Of a stretch of 64,000 bases of DNA, positions 62,593-64,000 are shown one piece after another (positions within the stretch are counted from its first letter, which is position 1; each line of letters starts with the position of its first letter). Origin of the DNA: Bugula neritina (Eukaryota; Animalia; Bryozoa); contig OZ037765.1 of NCBI GenBank assembly GCA_964035545.1, forward strand, positions 12,286,698 to 12,350,697, in the 5' to 3' direction. The translations under genes were made by a program, and so were the position numbers. The notes beneath the pieces are model-generated. The model ran no database searches, was not told where the DNA came from, and was given only the letters and a program-made list of their open reading frames with translations.

Positions 62593-63897
62593 CTAAGCAG
62601 TGTGTCTCCTCGAGTGATATTTGGCCTTCAAGACGAGAGCCTCTTTGTAAATGAGCCTGGAGAGTAGCTGTAACAGTAGGTACAGTAGATGAGCACGCAA
62701 TACAAGAATAGTATACTGTGATTAGTTGAGTATACAGTGTGTTAGGGTATGAAAAATAAACTTGAAATTCACGATGAGTAGAACTAATTCTATAACTTGT
62801 GTGGATGTGAAAATTTATTTCTACCTATAATAAACTCATGCAAGAGAGCAGCCGTGGTCTAGGGGTTAGAGCGTTTGCCTAGTAAGCACGGGGTCATGGA
62901 TTTGAACCCCAACATAGGCCATTGGTGATGTTAGGAAGAGCATCCAGTCACAATTGCTCCTGTGCCTTATCTGAATAAGTCCTTAGGCCTATTTAACAAA
63001 AACCCTTTCCACCAGGAGTTTCCCACAGGAATGGTGACTATAAACTTGTGTGATTTTTTATAATAAACTCATGCTATTGTAGTTGCAATGGTTGCCTCAA
63101 CACCATTAAAATGAAATAAAGAAATTTCAGATTATAACTATAGTTGGTATCTAGTTATGTAGAACAGTCATTAGATCTAGCATTGCAACGACTATTGAAT
63201 AAAGCAATTAGATGTCCATTCCTATACTAATATACTCACCAGTAACGCCAGGACATTACTTCCAATAAGCATACCAAATACAATGTCCATTCGCTCACTC
63301 AGGGGTTTATTTAGACCATCAACAATAGCAGAAAGACCAGGTCCAAGTGCAGCACCTAAAAATACATTGAAATAATTTTTCAGTAGCAAAGTCATAGAAA
63401 AGAATTGTAAAGTCATAAGAATGATTGGTTTAGTTGTCTTAGGTGCTATAAACCAGTGAGCTGGAGAAATCTCTCATAAAACCTGCAAATACTACATTGA
63501 AATCATGATTAAGTTAAGGAAAGTAAGGTAGTTACTCACCTATAGATCCTGTACCATCTATGATGGCAGTAACAGTAGCTAAAGCCTTAGCACTGGTAGC
63601 TAGAGAAGGGTGGGTACCCAAATCAGCTGACACTGAAGTAGTTATTAAGCAATAAGGTCCATTAACAAAAAATCCGGTAGCTATAAGCAATCCTGCAAGA
63701 TACAATTGTTGTTGAAGTTATTATTGCTAGAGATACAGATGCATAAGAAAAGTAAAGATAACTTCAAATGAACTCAGCAAACCAAGTGATTATTTAAAAA
63801 GTCTATAAAAGATTGTGAAGCTTCAAGAACCAACTAACAAAAACTCACCATAAGCATTTGCATAGCTCAAAGCTCCCCAAATTTTGTAGGCCCAGAC
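62593..63897 (-). CDS. SLC37A sugar-phosphate exchanger (SLC37A1/2-like), last exons; 5' part beyond the right edge
   Basis: GFFVNGPYCLITTSVSADLGTHPSL..ALATVTAIIDGTGSI | GAALGP.. | LLSRLIYKE..HTA* are characteristic SLC37 C-terminal motifs. Confidence 0.92.
62848..63045 (+). mobile_element. tRNA-derived SINE in the last SLC37A intron
   Basis: A-box-like TGGTCTAGGGGTT and degenerate B-box GATTTGAACCC, followed by the body motif GTTAGGAAGAGCATCCAG. The 3' boundary is approximate. Confidence 0.65.
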
Positions 63898-64000
63898 CTA
63901 AAAACAGAGATTAGGGGTTTGGTTAGCAATACTAGCATGTATAAACATGATAGCAGTAAGTAAGTAAAAGCTATTACTAAAAACCAGATGAGCAGTTCGC

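Noticed and set aside
62848-62925. Functional tRNA gene
   Set aside because: Degenerate B-box, no convincing acceptor stem, and continuation into a SINE-type body.

Overview
AT-rich, intron-containing animal genomic DNA, most plausibly from a marine invertebrate. Eight spliced protein-coding genes can be assembled by eye: a myosin XV-like motor (-, runs off the left edge), a small orphan basic protein with KEN-box, D-box and CDK motifs (-), SEC14L1/retm-like (+), AKTIP (-), ALG2 (+), a C2orf50/CIMIP5-like ciliary protein (+), a short CLCC1/MCLC-domain protein (+) and the 3' end of an SLC37A sugar-phosphate exchanger (-). Mobile DNA is abundant. It includes a young Gmr1-type Gypsy element (identical 524-bp LTRs, RT/RNaseH deleted) nested in an internally deleted RTE LINE, and a 2.9-kb ISL2EU/Harbinger-like element with ~890-bp TIRs just behind the SEC14L1 stop codon. 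There are also two inverted solo LTRs, a CR1-like fragment, a tRNA-derived SINE, several MITEs and a 14-bp minisatellite. The most unusual unexplained signal is a set of ~6-bp-periodic micro-duplication/micro-palindrome tracts. They lie between short CpG-containing putative promoter islands and the first coding exons, and most retroelement insertions in the window fall inside them. Gene and family calls come from motif recognition by eye, not database searches.
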